Counted from the stretch's first letter, positions 9,820 through 19,866 are shown. The stretch: DNA of 64,000 bases from an uncultured Gammaproteobacteria bacterium (GCA_964633905.1 CAZWIT010000001.1:329-64328); one strand, 5' to 3'. Program-made: numbers and translations. The notes: generated from the sequence alone by a model not told the origin.

Positions 9820-10956
9820 ATGAATTTATTTTCAAGTAGTAATAGTTATTTAGGTATTGATATTGGCACTTCTAGTATCAAGATGGTTGAATTAGAAAAC
9901 TTTAAAGGCCAAGCTAAACTTAAGACTTATGGTTATGCTGATGTTTCTACTAATATTTTGAGAGGCACAGTTGAAAAAAATAATCAGGCTATTGCCGATT
10001 ATATTAATTTAATTGCTAGTAAATCCAAGATAACTAGTCGCCAAGTGGTAGCAGCTTTGCCTACTTTTTCAGTTTTTAATTTTATTATTACCTTACCTCC
10101 TATGCCAAAAAAAGATTTGGCAGCGGCTATTAAATGGGAAGCTAAAAAATTTATCCCTGTGCCTATTGAAGAAATGATTTTGGATTGGAAAATTTTAAAT
10201 AAAAAGAAAGTTAAGGGCAATAGTTTATTTTCTAAAAAAACAGAGGGCAAAGTAGAAACTAAAGACAATTCCGTTAATGCTAATAATATTAGCAATCCTG
10301 CTTCTGCCCATGTTGATGATAAAAATTATAGAATACTACTGACAGCTGCTCCTAAAAATTTAGTAGCTCGCTATATTGATATTTTTAAAAAAGCTAAATT
10401 AAATTTGTTGAGTTTAGAAACGGAAGCTTTTGCTTTATCACGCTCTTTGATTGGTAATGATTTATCAACAATTATGGTTGTGGATATGGGCTCTAGTAAT
10501 ACGGACATCTGTATCATTGAAGAAGGGGTGCCAGTTTTAAATAGAGGTATTGACACTGGTGGTGAATCTTTGACTAAAGGTATTATGAATAGCTTAAATA
10601 TTAATCAAGAACGAGCTGAACAATTTAAGCGCGATTTTGGTTTATCAGCTGGCGCCAATCAAAATATTCCGGATGTGATTGAAAAAAGTTTAGCGGCTAT
10701 TATTAATGAGATTAAATATATTTTTGAAATTTATCAAAGGCAAGGAGCCAGCACTATTGATAAGATTATTTTAACAGGGGGTAGTGCTTGGTTACCTAAA
10801 TTACCAGAATATTTATCTAACTTATTGAAATTGCCAGTAATCATTGGTGATCCTTGGGATCGTATTGTTTATCCTTTAGATTTAAAACCAGTTTTATATG
10901 AGATTGGTCCAAGTATGGCTGTTAGTATTGGTTTAGCCATGCGTGATATACAATAA
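9820..10956 (+). CDS. pilM: Type IV pilus assembly protein PilM
   Basis: LGIDIGTSSIKMVE, VVDMGS, ILTGGSA actin-like motifs, SIGLAMR end. Confidence 0.95.
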   Translation: MNLFSSSNSYLGIDIGTSSIKMVELENFKGQAKLKTYGYADVSTNILRGTVEKNNQAIADYINLIASKSKITSRQVVAALPTFSVFNFIITLPPMPKKDLAAAIKWEAKKFIPVPIEEMILDWKILNKKKVKGNSLFSKKTEGKVETKDNSVNANNISNPASAHVDDKNYRILLTAAPKNLVARYIDIFKKAKLNLLSLETEAFALSRSLIGNDLSTIMVVDMGSSNTDICIIEEGVPVLNRGIDTGGESLTKGIMNSLNINQERAEQFKRDFGLSAGANQNIPDVIEKSLAAIINEIKYIFEIYQRQGASTIDKIILTGGSAWLPKLPEYLSNLLKLPVIIGDPWDRIVYPLDLKPVLYEIGPSMAVSIGLAMRDIQ

Positions 10957-10984
10957 GCTAGCTATATTTTAATAAAAATAAAAA

Positions 10985-12688
10985 ATGGCCGAAGATAAAA
11001 ATATTAATTTAATGCCAGAGGATCTGCGTAAAAAGGAAGATTTGATTAAAAAATCAAATTGGTCTTTTACGCCAGATTTGTCATCTCCAGTTAATGTAAA
11101 AAATAAGGGCTTACATACTAATAAACCAAGTGGCTCTAACCCTTCTCTTTGGTCTAAGTTATTTTCTTCTTTAAAGCCAGTACCAAAAGTAAAACCAGCG
11201 CCAATTTTAACTCCTGTTAATAAAGCAAATACAAAAGTAGAACCGATTCCTACGCCAGTTATTAAATCTCCTATTTTTATTGCTCCAGATATTAAGGCCA
11301 TGGAAGCAAAAGCAATGCCGCCCAAGCTTGATAAAGTAGAGGAGCATATTCAAGATTTTGTGGCTGATAAAAAAATTAAAGAACCTAAATTAAAAAATAG
11401 CGGTCCTTCTTTTTGGTCTAAGTTATTTTCTTCTTCAAAGTCAGTGCCAAAAGTAAAGCCTATGCCGAATTTAACTCCGGTAAGTTCAGCCAAACCAAAA
11501 ATTGAACCAAAAACTGAGCCTTTGGTAATTCCGACTATTAAGTCTCCTATTTATACGGCGCCAAGTATGAGTCCAATCGCTATTAAGGCAGATAATAACG
11601 TAAAGACAGGCGAGCATATTCAAGATTTTGTGGCTGATAAAAAAATTAAAGAAGCTAAATTAAAAAATAGCGGTCCTTCTTGGTGGCAACGTTTATTATC
11701 TTTTTTTAAGCCTAAGGCCCGCACGCCTAAGCCAGCTAAACCAAGTGCTTCAGTTTTAACGCAGGCCATAAAACGTAATGGTTATAAGGTGGAGACTGCT
11801 AATTTAGAAATGCATCAAGCTACCAAACAAAATGCAGTTATGCCGAAACAGGATCTTAAAGATTTAAATCAAAAAGTTGAAGATATTTTAGAAACAAAAC
11901 CAGTTGTTGAAAAAGTACCTAAAACTGCAGAGGCAGCGGATATTGTTTTGCCTACAGCAGTAGTAAAACCAGAAATAATTAAAACAGAGCCAGTAGCATC
12001 AGATTTTGATATTCCTAGTATGCCAACTGCAGAAAAGCTTTCCAAATCACCAGCAGTTGCAGCCACCCCAGTTGAAAATAATAAATTTCATCAACCTGAT
12101 CTTTTGCATAAAAATGGCTTGATGGGTCAAATTGGTAATGTTGATTTAATACCGCAGGCCGCTAAACTGCGTAGTTGGCGTCAGATTAATGGCTTGCTGT
12201 CTTTAGCTAGTGTTGCGTCATTGCTTATTATCGGAGTTTTTTATGGGGCCTTATTATTGCAAGAGCAGGCCATCATCAAAGAGCAAAAGCTACAACAAAC
12301 AGCCATGTTGGAGCTTGAAAAAAAAGTTTTGAATTTTAATGATTTAAATAAGAATATTAAAGTTTTGGGTGAAGAAATTAATTTAGTGCAAGAAGCATTA
12401 AATAAACACATCTACTGGACAAAGTTTTTTACTCTTTTAGAAAAATATACCTTGCCAGAAGTTTATTATAGCGGTCTTTCGGCTGGTAATAATGGAGCCT
12501 TGACCTTGGGTGCTACTACTGATAGTTATGAGGCTGTAGCTAGGCAGTTAAAGGTTTTACAGGGAGAAGAGGCTAAGGAATTTATCACAGCCGTTAGTAT
12601 TAGTGGTGCTGTAAAAGATGGTAATAAGGTTGGTTTTTCTGTTAATTTAGTATTGAACCCGAATTTATTTTATTATGATAAACAATAG
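10985..12688 (+). CDS. pilN: PilN-like protein with long repetitive Pro/Lys-rich N-terminal extension
   Basis: INLMP motif, TM near residue 410, coiled coil, W..F..LE..TLPEVYY PilN-like domain; directly after pilM. Confidence 0.7.
   Translation: MAEDKNINLMPEDLRKKEDLIKKSNWSFTPDLSSPVNVKNKGLHTNKPSGSNPSLWSKLFSSLKPVPKVKPAPILTPVNKANTKVEPIPTPVIKSPIFIAPDIKAMEAKAMPPKLDKVEEHIQDFVADKKIKEPKLKNSGPSFWSKLFSSSKSVPKVKPMPNLTPVSSAKPKIEPKTEPLVIPTIKSPIYTAPSMSPIAIKADNNVKTGEHIQDFVADKKIKEAKLKNSGPSWWQRLLSFFKPKARTPKPAKPSASVLTQAIKRNGYKVETANLEMHQATKQNAVMPKQDLKDLNQKVEDILETKPVVEKVPKTAEAADIVLPTAVVKPEIIKTEPVASDFDIPSMPTAEKLSKSPAVAATPVENNKFHQPDLLHKNGLMGQIGNVDLIPQAAKLRSWRQINGLLSLASVASLLIIGVFYGALLLQEQAIIKEQKLQQTAMLELEKKVLNFNDLNKNIKVLGEEINLVQEALNKHIYWTKFFTLLEKYTLPEVYYSGLSAGNNGALTLGATTDSYEAVARQLKVLQGEEAKEFITAVSISGAVKDGNKVGFSVNLVLNPNLFYYDKQ
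11141..11704 (+). repeat. About 2.1 copies of a 264-270 nt intragenic tandem repeat
   Basis: gagcatattcaagattttgtggctgat...agcggtccttct at 11342 and 11612; ccttct.tttggtctaagttattttcttct at 11141 and 11405. Confidence 0.9.
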
Positions 12689-12693
12689 TTTGT

Positions 12694-13380
12694 ATGGCCA
12701 ATAAAAACGAAATAAAATTTGAACAGCCTTCTGATTTGTTGGTTATAAGCAATCGCTATATAGTAGTTATTATGTCACTTTTGGTTTTTGCTCTTTTGAT
12801 GCTTGGCTACTTCTTTTTACTTAAGCCTAAAATGGTTAGTAATGAGGCTAGACAAGAACAAAATGATAAGAATATTGCCAATCAAGAAGCTAGTCAGAGA
12901 TTGCTTGCTAGTCTAGGCCGCTTAGAAAGCGAGTATAAGAATATCCAAGCTAATCGACAAGCTGATTTAGAGCAGTTAAAGAAAATTTTACCAACCAATC
13001 CGCAAGTAGCAGAAATATTTGTATTATCAGAAAAATTAGCTTTGGATAATGGCTTAAAATTAAATTCCGTTGATATTTCGGTAGATAATAATTCAAATGC
13101 TGAAAAAAATAGTGCTTCAACAGTATTAAAAATTTTACCATTGCGTTTTTCTTTAACTAGAATTTCTGATGAAGAAATGACAGATTTTTTTCCAGAAGGC
13201 TCCGTCCTTCCTTTTGATCCTAATATTGATGATTATACTTTATTTAAAAATTACATTGCTACTTTGGAAAAAAATTTACGTTTAATGGATATTCAGACAT
13301 TATCCTTGCCAGCTCTTTCGGCAGATCCTGAGAGTAATGTACCTAGTTTTAATTTTAGTGTGCTTACTTATTATCGATAA
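12694..13380 (+). CDS. pilO: PilO-like protein
   Basis: N-terminal TM, coiled coil, LKKILP, YxxFKNYIATLEKNLRLMDI; position after pilN. Confidence 0.75.
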   Translation: MANKNEIKFEQPSDLLVISNRYIVVIMSLLVFALLMLGYFFLLKPKMVSNEARQEQNDKNIANQEASQRLLASLGRLESEYKNIQANRQADLEQLKKILPTNPQVAEIFVLSEKLALDNGLKLNSVDISVDNNSNAEKNSASTVLKILPLRFSLTRISDEEMTDFFPEGSVLPFDPNIDDYTLFKNYIATLEKNLRLMDIQTLSLPALSADPESNVPSFNFSVLTYYR

Positions 13381-13385
13381 TTTTT

Positions 13386-13727
13386 ATGGAAAATAAAAAA
13401 AATCTTATTACCTTATTGATTATTTTTGGCATCGTTTTGATAGGCGGTAGCTTGTATTTATTTTATTTTTCCCGTGATGATGTGTCAATTAACTGGTCTC
13501 TTATCAAAGAAGATGCTATGCCACAGGTTGAAATGCAACAAATAGAATCAGCCAAAAATTTAACTCAAGAAAATATTAAAAATTTTGTTAAAACTAATAA
13601 ATTGGATGACTTAGTAAATAGCGAGCAGTATAAGGGTTTAGTTGATCCTAATATTCAAATTGAAATTGGTACAGTAAGCAATCCAGCTCCTTTTACGCAG
13701 CCTTTTGTCGAAGAAAAAAACAACTAG
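13386..13727 (+). CDS. Small single-pass membrane protein in the pilP position
   Basis: N-terminal TM, C-terminal NPAPF resembling the PilP 'NPF' motif; synteny only. Confidence 0.55.
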   Translation: MENKKNLITLLIIFGIVLIGGSLYLFYFSRDDVSINWSLIKEDAMPQVEMQQIESAKNLTQENIKNFVKTNKLDDLVNSEQYKGLVDPNIQIEIGTVSNPAPFTQPFVEEKNN

Positions 13728-13742
13728 ATAATTTTGTTATTT

Positions 13743-15476
13743 ATGGTAGCCAACGAAGCTCAAAAATTACTTGATTATCTAAAAAATAATCAGCTAGTCA
13801 ACGATGATCAATATAACGAATTGATAAAAACACAATTCGTTTCTTTTGCTGATTTAGAGAAAACAGTACGTCGTTTAGTTTTGGTTTCTGATGAAGATTG
13901 GACTCAAGCTAAAGCTGTCTTTTTTGGCATGGAATACGCCAATTTAATTGGACAGTCTATTAGTCCAGATATATTAAATATTTTACCGGCTGATTTGGCA
14001 GAAAATTATCAAATTGTAGTATTTGCAAGAGATGATGCTAATTTGTCAGCTGGAATGGTTGATCCTAGTAATTTTAAAGCCATGGAAGCTTTAAATTTTC
14101 TAGCCCGTAAACAAAATTATCAGGTTAAATATTTTTTAATTTCTTTAGATAGTTATCGTACGGCTGTTAAGCAGTATGAAACTCTAGGTCAGGAAGTAGG
14201 GGAAGCTTTGGATACAGCTCAGGCTATTTTTGCACCTTCAGAAGAAGAGGTGGCTGGTGCAGAGGCTGGGGAAGTTGTTAAAAGTGCTCCAGTATCTAAA
14301 ATTGTCTCTGTTGTTTTGCGTCATGCTATTGAAGGTAGAGCCTCTGATATTCATATTGAACCAGTTGGCAAACAAAGCAAGGTTCGTTATCGTATTGATG
14401 GTATTTTGCACACTACTATTGTATTACCAATTTATGTCCATGCAGCCTTGGTGTCTCGTATTAAAGTTATGGCTAATTTAAAAATTGATGAAACACGCGT
14501 ACCTCAAGATGGCCGTATCAGGCTTACTATTCATAATAAAGAAATAGATTTTCGTGTTTCTACTTTGCCTTTGATGGGACAAGAAAAAGTAGTAATGCGT
14601 ATTTTAGATACACCTGACAAGGCACCTACTTTTAAGGACTTAGGTTTTTTTGGTTTACAAGCCAAGGTTATTGAAGAGAATATCAATAAACCACACGGCT
14701 TATTTTTACTCACCGGGCCTACTGGTTCTGGTAAAAGCACGACTCTTTATGCGGCTTTAAGTTATTTAAATAAAGAAGAAGTAAATATTGCAACCCTAGA
14801 AGACCCAGTTGAATATTATATTCCAGGAGTTAATCAGTCCCAAATTAGGCCAGAAGTTAATTTTACTTTTGCTACAGGTTTAAGGTCATTACTTAGACAG
14901 GATCCTGATATTATTATGGTGGGAGAAGTGCGTGATAATGAAACTGCCGAACTTGCTATACATGCTGGTCTTACGGGACACTCAGTTTTGACTACCTTGC
15001 ACACTAATGATGCGGTTGGCACAATACCACGTTTATTTGATATGCATGTTGAACCATTTTTACTGGCTAATACTTTAAATGCTGTTATTGCTCAGCGTTT
15101 AGTAAGAAGGATTTGTTCTAAGTGTAAGGCAGAAGAACAGATACCAGCTGATGTTTTACAGAAAATTAAAGATGAACTAGCAAAAGTGCCGGAAGCAGCT
15201 TTATATGGAGGCCTGGATCGTAATAATATGAAGTTTTTTAAGGGCTTGGGCTGTGTGAATTGCTCGCAAACCGGCTACAAGGGTCGTTTATCTATAGTAG
15301 AGGCTATTAATGTTACTCGCGGTCTGCAGGAGGTTATTGCCAAGGGTTTTGCTCGTGAAGCAGCCGAGGAAGAATTAATAAAGCAAAATTTTATCACTAT
15401 GCAAACTGATGGCTTGATTAAAGCAGCTCTCGGCATGACCACTGTAGAAGAAGTAATGCGCGTCAGTAAAATGTAA
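13743..15476 (+). CDS. pilB: Type IV pilus extension ATPase PilB (GspE/PulE)
   Basis: ASDIHIEP, GPTGSGKSTT, LEDPVEY, LRQDPDIIMVGEVRD, TLHTND, two CxxC; ATG at 13743 preferred. Confidence 0.96.
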   Translation: MVANEAQKLLDYLKNNQLVNDDQYNELIKTQFVSFADLEKTVRRLVLVSDEDWTQAKAVFFGMEYANLIGQSISPDILNILPADLAENYQIVVFARDDANLSAGMVDPSNFKAMEALNFLARKQNYQVKYFLISLDSYRTAVKQYETLGQEVGEALDTAQAIFAPSEEEVAGAEAGEVVKSAPVSKIVSVVLRHAIEGRASDIHIEPVGKQSKVRYRIDGILHTTIVLPIYVHAALVSRIKVMANLKIDETRVPQDGRIRLTIHNKEIDFRVSTLPLMGQEKVVMRILDTPDKAPTFKDLGFFGLQAKVIEENINKPHGLFLLTGPTGSGKSTTLYAALSYLNKEEVNIATLEDPVEYYIPGVNQSQIRPEVNFTFATGLRSLLRQDPDIIMVGEVRDNETAELAIHAGLTGHSVLTTLHTNDAVGTIPRLFDMHVEPFLLANTLNAVIAQRLVRRICSKCKAEEQIPADVLQKIKDELAKVPEAALYGGLDRNNMKFFKGLGCVNCSQTGYKGRLSIVEAINVTRGLQEVIAKGFAREAAEEELIKQNFITMQTDGLIKAALGMTTVEEVMRVSKM

Positions 15477-15494
15477 TTGATCAATTAGAAATTT

Positions 15495-15866
15495 ATGAAC
15501 AGTAAAAAAATATTAGTAGTAGAAGATGATAACTTTTTATTAGCAATGTATAATACTAAGTTATTATTAGAAAATTTTAAAGTTGTTACTGCAACTACCG
15601 GAGTTCAAGCTTTACGTTTAGTGAATAAAGAAAAACCAGATTTGATTTTGTTGGATTTAAATTTGCCAGAAATGGATGGTTTTGAAGTTTTAGCTAATTT
15701 AAAACACGATAAAGATACTAGCAATATTCCAGTCATTGTTTTGACTAATTATTCCCAAAAAGAGCATATTGATAAATGTTTTGCTTTAGGTGCCGCTGAT
15801 TATTTAATAAAAGCTCATTTTGTGCCAGCCGAAGTGGTTGATAAAATAAAAAAGATTTTAGTTTAA
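15495..15866 (+). CDS. Single-domain response regulator (receiver only)
   Basis: VVEDD, PDLILLDLNLPEMDG, VLTN, YLIK. Confidence 0.93.
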   Translation: MNSKKILVVEDDNFLLAMYNTKLLLENFKVVTATTGVQALRLVNKEKPDLILLDLNLPEMDGFEVLANLKHDKDTSNIPVIVLTNYSQKEHIDKCFALGAADYLIKAHFVPAEVVDKIKKILV

Positions 15867-15868
15867 AA

Positions 15869-16933
15869 ATGTCTGACACTTTATTTATTAATAAGATTTT
15901 AAACATCGCCCTGGAGCGTAGAGCCACGGACGTGCATTTGGTAGTAGCTAATAATCCAGTATTACGTATTGATGGGAGACTAGTTACTTTGACTGATGAG
16001 CAGTTATTGAGTCCAGATTTAATCAATGATTTAGTTGCCTCCTTTTTGAGTCCAGCTAATTTGGAGCGTTTAAATAAAGAAAAAGAAATTACCACTGTTT
16101 ATACTTGGGCTGATCGAGCAAGATTTAGAGCAAAAATATTTTATCAAAAAGGATATTTAGCTCTTTCTATGCGTCTAATTTCATCATTAATTATGTCACC
16201 TAAAGATTTAGGTATACCACAAACAGTAGTGCAGAGTCTAAATAAAACTAGTGGTTTAGTAATCATCACTGGTCCTTATGGTTCAGGTAGGACGACTACA
16301 GCCGCGGCTTTGCTTGAAACTTTAAATCGTAATCGAGGCATGCATATTCAAACCATTGAAGAGCCGATTGAATATTTATTTGTTAATAATCAGTCAGTTA
16401 TTGAACAACGAGAAGTTGGTCGTGATGTTACTAGTTTTAGTAAAGGCTTAGAAACTATTATTGAAGATGATGTGGATGCTGTATTGTTATCTAGTCTACA
16501 CGAAGATGGCTTGGAAGAAATGGTTTTAGAATTAGCTGAAAGTGGTAAATTAGTATTAGTGATTATGGATGCTGATTCGGTGATATCAGCTCTAGATCGT
16601 TTTATTAGTAATTTGTCAGCTGACCGGAGAGCTTGGGGGCAAAATATTTTATCAGAAGTATTATTGGTAGTTTTAGCTCAGCGTCTACTTCCTAGAGTAG
16701 GTGGGGGCATGGCTTTGGCTTGTGAAGTTTTAACTACCACGCCAGCTGTTAAATCAAGTATCAAAGAAAACCATTTATATCAGTTAAGTAGTATTATGCA
16801 AACTTCTCGTGAAGAGGGCATGGTTTATTTAGATAAATCTTTATGGGATTTAGTGCGGGCTGGTGATATTGCTGCCGAAGAAGCAATGAAGGTAGCTGAT
16901 AATCCTCAAATATTTAAACAAGCAATTAAGTAA
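15869..16933 (+). CDS. pilT: PilT/PilU-family protein with degenerate ATPase motifs
   Basis: ATDVHL, RFRA, TIEEPIEY, IEQREVGRD, LAQRLLP, MQTSREEGM; Walker A reads GPYGSGRTTT. Confidence 0.85.
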   Translation: MSDTLFINKILNIALERRATDVHLVVANNPVLRIDGRLVTLTDEQLLSPDLINDLVASFLSPANLERLNKEKEITTVYTWADRARFRAKIFYQKGYLALSMRLISSLIMSPKDLGIPQTVVQSLNKTSGLVIITGPYGSGRTTTAAALLETLNRNRGMHIQTIEEPIEYLFVNNQSVIEQREVGRDVTSFSKGLETIIEDDVDAVLLSSLHEDGLEEMVLELAESGKLVLVIMDADSVISALDRFISNLSADRRAWGQNILSEVLLVVLAQRLLPRVGGGMALACEVLTTTPAVKSSIKENHLYQLSSIMQTSREEGMVYLDKSLWDLVRAGDIAAEEAMKVADNPQIFKQAIK

Positions 16934-16936
16934 GTT

Positions 16937-18151
16937 ATGTTATTATTTAAATACAGGGCCAGAACTAGAGACGGGGCAATGACTAAAGGTGTAGTAGAGG
17001 CCTCGAGCAGTCAAGAGGCAGCAGAAATTTTAGCTGATCGCGATTTGATAGTTCTGTATTTAGAGGCTAGTAAAAATAAAAGTACTAAACATAGTATTAA
17101 TTTTAATATTGGTAAAGTTAGTCAAAAAGATTTAGTAATATTTTCGCGTCAGTTGGCAGTGATGATTCAGGCCACCATACCGATTGTTCAAGCTTTAAGG
17201 ATTTTAGCCCAGCAAACTTCTAACCCAATATTTTTAAGCAAAGTTAACGAGATGGCTAATGATGTTGATGGTGGTATGAAGTTATCGGATGCTCTTGCCA
17301 AACACAAGAAAATTTTCAGTAATTTTTATGTAGCCATGATTCGTTCTGGTGAAACTTCTGGTCGTTTGGAAGAAGTATTAGAATATTTGGCTGATCAGAT
17401 GGAAAAGGATTATGATCTCACATCGCGTATTAAGGGCGCTATGATTTATCCAGTTTTGATTTTATTTGGTATGGTCGGCGTTGGTACTTACGTGGTAGTA
17501 GCGATTTTGCCAAAAATGACAGTTATTTTAAAAGAAACTAGCACTGAGTTGCCGCTGGTTACTAGGGTTTTGATTGGTATTTCAGATTTTATGGTTGCAG
17601 CTTGGATTTGGATTTTACTTTTCTTACTTGGTTTGGGAGCTTTGTTTTATTGGTGGAAAAATAGCCGTTTAGGTAAATTGATTTGGGATTCTATTAAGAT
17701 TAAGATGCCAATTTTTGGAGCTCTTTATAAAAAGATATATTTAGTCCGTTTTACTAGAAGCTTATCAACTTTGATTCATGGTGGCGTACCAATTTCTTTG
17801 GCATTAAGAATTGTAGCTGAAGTTGTGGATAATCAGGCTTACCAAAAATTGATTTTAGACACAGTAGCAGAAGTAGAGGGTGGTAACTCTATCTCTACTT
17901 TATTTGCTCGTTCGCCTTTGATGCCAAAAATGCTTTCGCAAATGATGGTAATTGGCGAGCGAACTGGTAAAATAGACACTATTTTAGATAGATTGAGTGA
18001 TTTTTATAGCCGAGAAATTAATTTAATGGTATCTAATTTAACAACTTTGATAGAGCCTTTAATCTTAATTATTATGGGCGTGGGTGTCGGTGGTATGGTA
18101 GCGGCTGTTATGTTGCCTATGTATCAAGTAGCTCAAAGTATGTCGCAATAG
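16937..18151 (+). CDS. pilC: Type IV pilus platform protein PilC (GspF)
   Basis: FSRQLAVM, GETSGRL, AMIYP, GERTGK, LIEP..LPMY. Confidence 0.96.
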   Translation: MLLFKYRARTRDGAMTKGVVEASSSQEAAEILADRDLIVLYLEASKNKSTKHSINFNIGKVSQKDLVIFSRQLAVMIQATIPIVQALRILAQQTSNPIFLSKVNEMANDVDGGMKLSDALAKHKKIFSNFYVAMIRSGETSGRLEEVLEYLADQMEKDYDLTSRIKGAMIYPVLILFGMVGVGTYVVVAILPKMTVILKETSTELPLVTRVLIGISDFMVAAWIWILLFLLGLGALFYWWKNSRLGKLIWDSIKIKMPIFGALYKKIYLVRFTRSLSTLIHGGVPISLALRIVAEVVDNQAYQKLILDTVAEVEGGNSISTLFARSPLMPKMLSQMMVIGERTGKIDTILDRLSDFYSREINLMVSNLTTLIEPLILIIMGVGVGGMVAAVMLPMYQVAQSMSQ

Positions 18152-18321
18152 AAATTGTCTAATAATGAAAAATTTGCTATAATTAATACTGTGGGGTATT
18201 CCACAAAATTAAAGTTATATTAATTAAATTATCAAGCTGAACTATTTTGAAATTTAGAGCTTCAGAGATCTCAAGCTTTAACTTTATCAGGGCAGTTTGG
18301 TGTAGGAGAGGAGGTGTAAAA

Positions 18322-18804
18322 ATGAAAAAATTAAAAGGTTTTACTTTGATCGAATTGTTAGTTGTTATTGCTATTATTGGTATTTTGGCATCAGTCGCTA
18401 TTGTCAACTTAAATAGTGCTAGACGTAAGGCTCACGCTGCTAATGTGCAGTCAGCTTTGAGTTCATTGTCTTCTGCTATTATTGTTTGCCACGATGATAA
18501 TTTACCACTACAAGGAGGACCTATAGCAGCCCCAGTTACTTGCAACGCAGGATGTGTTAATGGTACTTGTGACTCTACTACTGGCCCACAACCGGTTGCT
18601 GGCGGTAAAATTTGTGCTGGTTCGGAAACTCTTTGGCCAGACTTATTAACTGATAATTGGTCGTATTCAATAGCTACAACTTCTGGCAACTCTTATTGTG
18701 TGTCTTCTAGTACTTCTAATGTTTGGATGTTTAGAGCAGACGATAATAGTTCCGACCGTTATATTATCTGTGATCAAACTGGTTGTGTAGCTCACTCTAC
18801 ATAG
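18322..18804 (+). CDS. Type IV pilin, probable major pilin
   Basis: MKKLKG|FTLIELLVVIAIIGILA; strong SD aggagaggaggtg; upstream TGCTATAAT and own terminator. Confidence 0.93.
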   Translation: MKKLKGFTLIELLVVIAIIGILASVAIVNLNSARRKAHAANVQSALSSLSSAIIVCHDDNLPLQGGPIAAPVTCNAGCVNGTCDSTTGPQPVAGGKICAGSETLWPDLLTDNWSYSIATTSGNSYCVSSSTSNVWMFRADDNSSDRYIICDQTGCVAHST

Positions 18805-18830
18805 TTACTAGTTATTCTTATAAAATTATT

Positions 18831-18859
18831 AAAACTCCCTGCATGCAGGGAGTTTTTTT
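18831..18859 (+). terminator. Intrinsic terminator after first pilin
   Basis: aaaactccctgcatgcagggagttttttt. Confidence 0.85.
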
Positions 18860-18913
18860 ATTATCTTAAATTTGCTATACTTAAAATAGAAAGGTAGTTA
18901 GTAAAATAATAAA

Positions 18914-19420
18914 ATGAAAAAAAATAAGGGTTTTACTTTAATTGAGCTATTAGTAGTTATTGGTATTATTGGTATCTTATCTTCTTTGTCGGTAATTGGT
19001 TTAAATGGTGCTCGTAGTAAAGCACGCGCTTCGGCTGTCCATGTGAATTTAATGTCTTTAACGGCTGCTATTCGAGTTTGTGTTGAAGGTGATGAAACAC
19101 TGCTTACTAGTAATCCACCCTCTCAGCTTAGTAGGTGCAATTATGGCTGTATTAATAGTTTTTGTGAGAATAAAATAACACCAGTACCAGTAATTGGTCA
19201 ACAAATTTGTCGTATTTCAACTAAAACTTGGCCAGATATTACTGATAACAATTGGGCATATACGCCGACCAATGGTGTTAGTGGTGATATTGGCTGTATA
19301 TCATCATCTACCATTGATCATTGGTTATTTAGAGCTGATGATAATAGTTCTGATAAATATATTACTTGTGATGAATTGGGCTGTAAATTATATAACTCAG
19401 GTGGTTATTTACCTAACTAG
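18914..19420 (+). CDS. Type IV pilin, paralog of the upstream pilin
   Basis: KG|FTLIELL; shares WxFRADDNSSDxYIxCDxxGC with the 18322 pilin. Confidence 0.92.
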   Translation: MKKNKGFTLIELLVVIGIIGILSSLSVIGLNGARSKARASAVHVNLMSLTAAIRVCVEGDETLLTSNPPSQLSRCNYGCINSFCENKITPVPVIGQQICRISTKTWPDITDNNWAYTPTNGVSGDIGCISSSTIDHWLFRADDNSSDKYITCDELGCKLYNSGGYLPN

Positions 19421-19456
19421 TTTTTATATTAGTTGAAATTTGCTATAATATACTTA

Positions 19457-19864
19457 ATGAAATTAAATAATAAAGCTGGCTTTTCCTTAATAGAGATATT
19501 GGTAGTAATTGCTATTATTGGTATTTTGGCTGGTCGGCAAATTATAAATTTAAATCGAGCCCGGATTAAAGCTAAAATCGCTAATGTAGAGACCAGCTTG
19601 TCATCTTTAGTTTCTATTGGAGTTTTGTGCCAAGATAATGGTCAAGATATTATGGATGGATTCTTGCCTGCTCAGTATTGTAATAATAGTGTTTGGCAGC
19701 CAGAAGGTGAGTTTTGTGGTCCTGAAAATACTTGGCCAGTTTTACGTTATGGAGCAGTCGGCACTTGTACTAGTAATACAAGCACTAAAACTTTTTCCTT
19801 TTCAGCAATAGTTGAAGGTGTTACCATCACTTGTAATCAAAGTGGTTGTACTAAATCACCATAA
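19457..19864 (+). CDS. Type IV pilin
   Basis: MKLNNKAG|FSLIEIL; Cys pattern similar to neighbours (TWP, ITCNQSGC). Confidence 0.88.
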   Translation: MKLNNKAGFSLIEILVVIAIIGILAGRQIINLNRARIKAKIANVETSLSSLVSIGVLCQDNGQDIMDGFLPAQYCNNSVWQPEGEFCGPENTWPVLRYGAVGTCTSNTSTKTFSFSAIVEGVTITCNQSGCTKSP

Positions 19865-19866
19865 AT

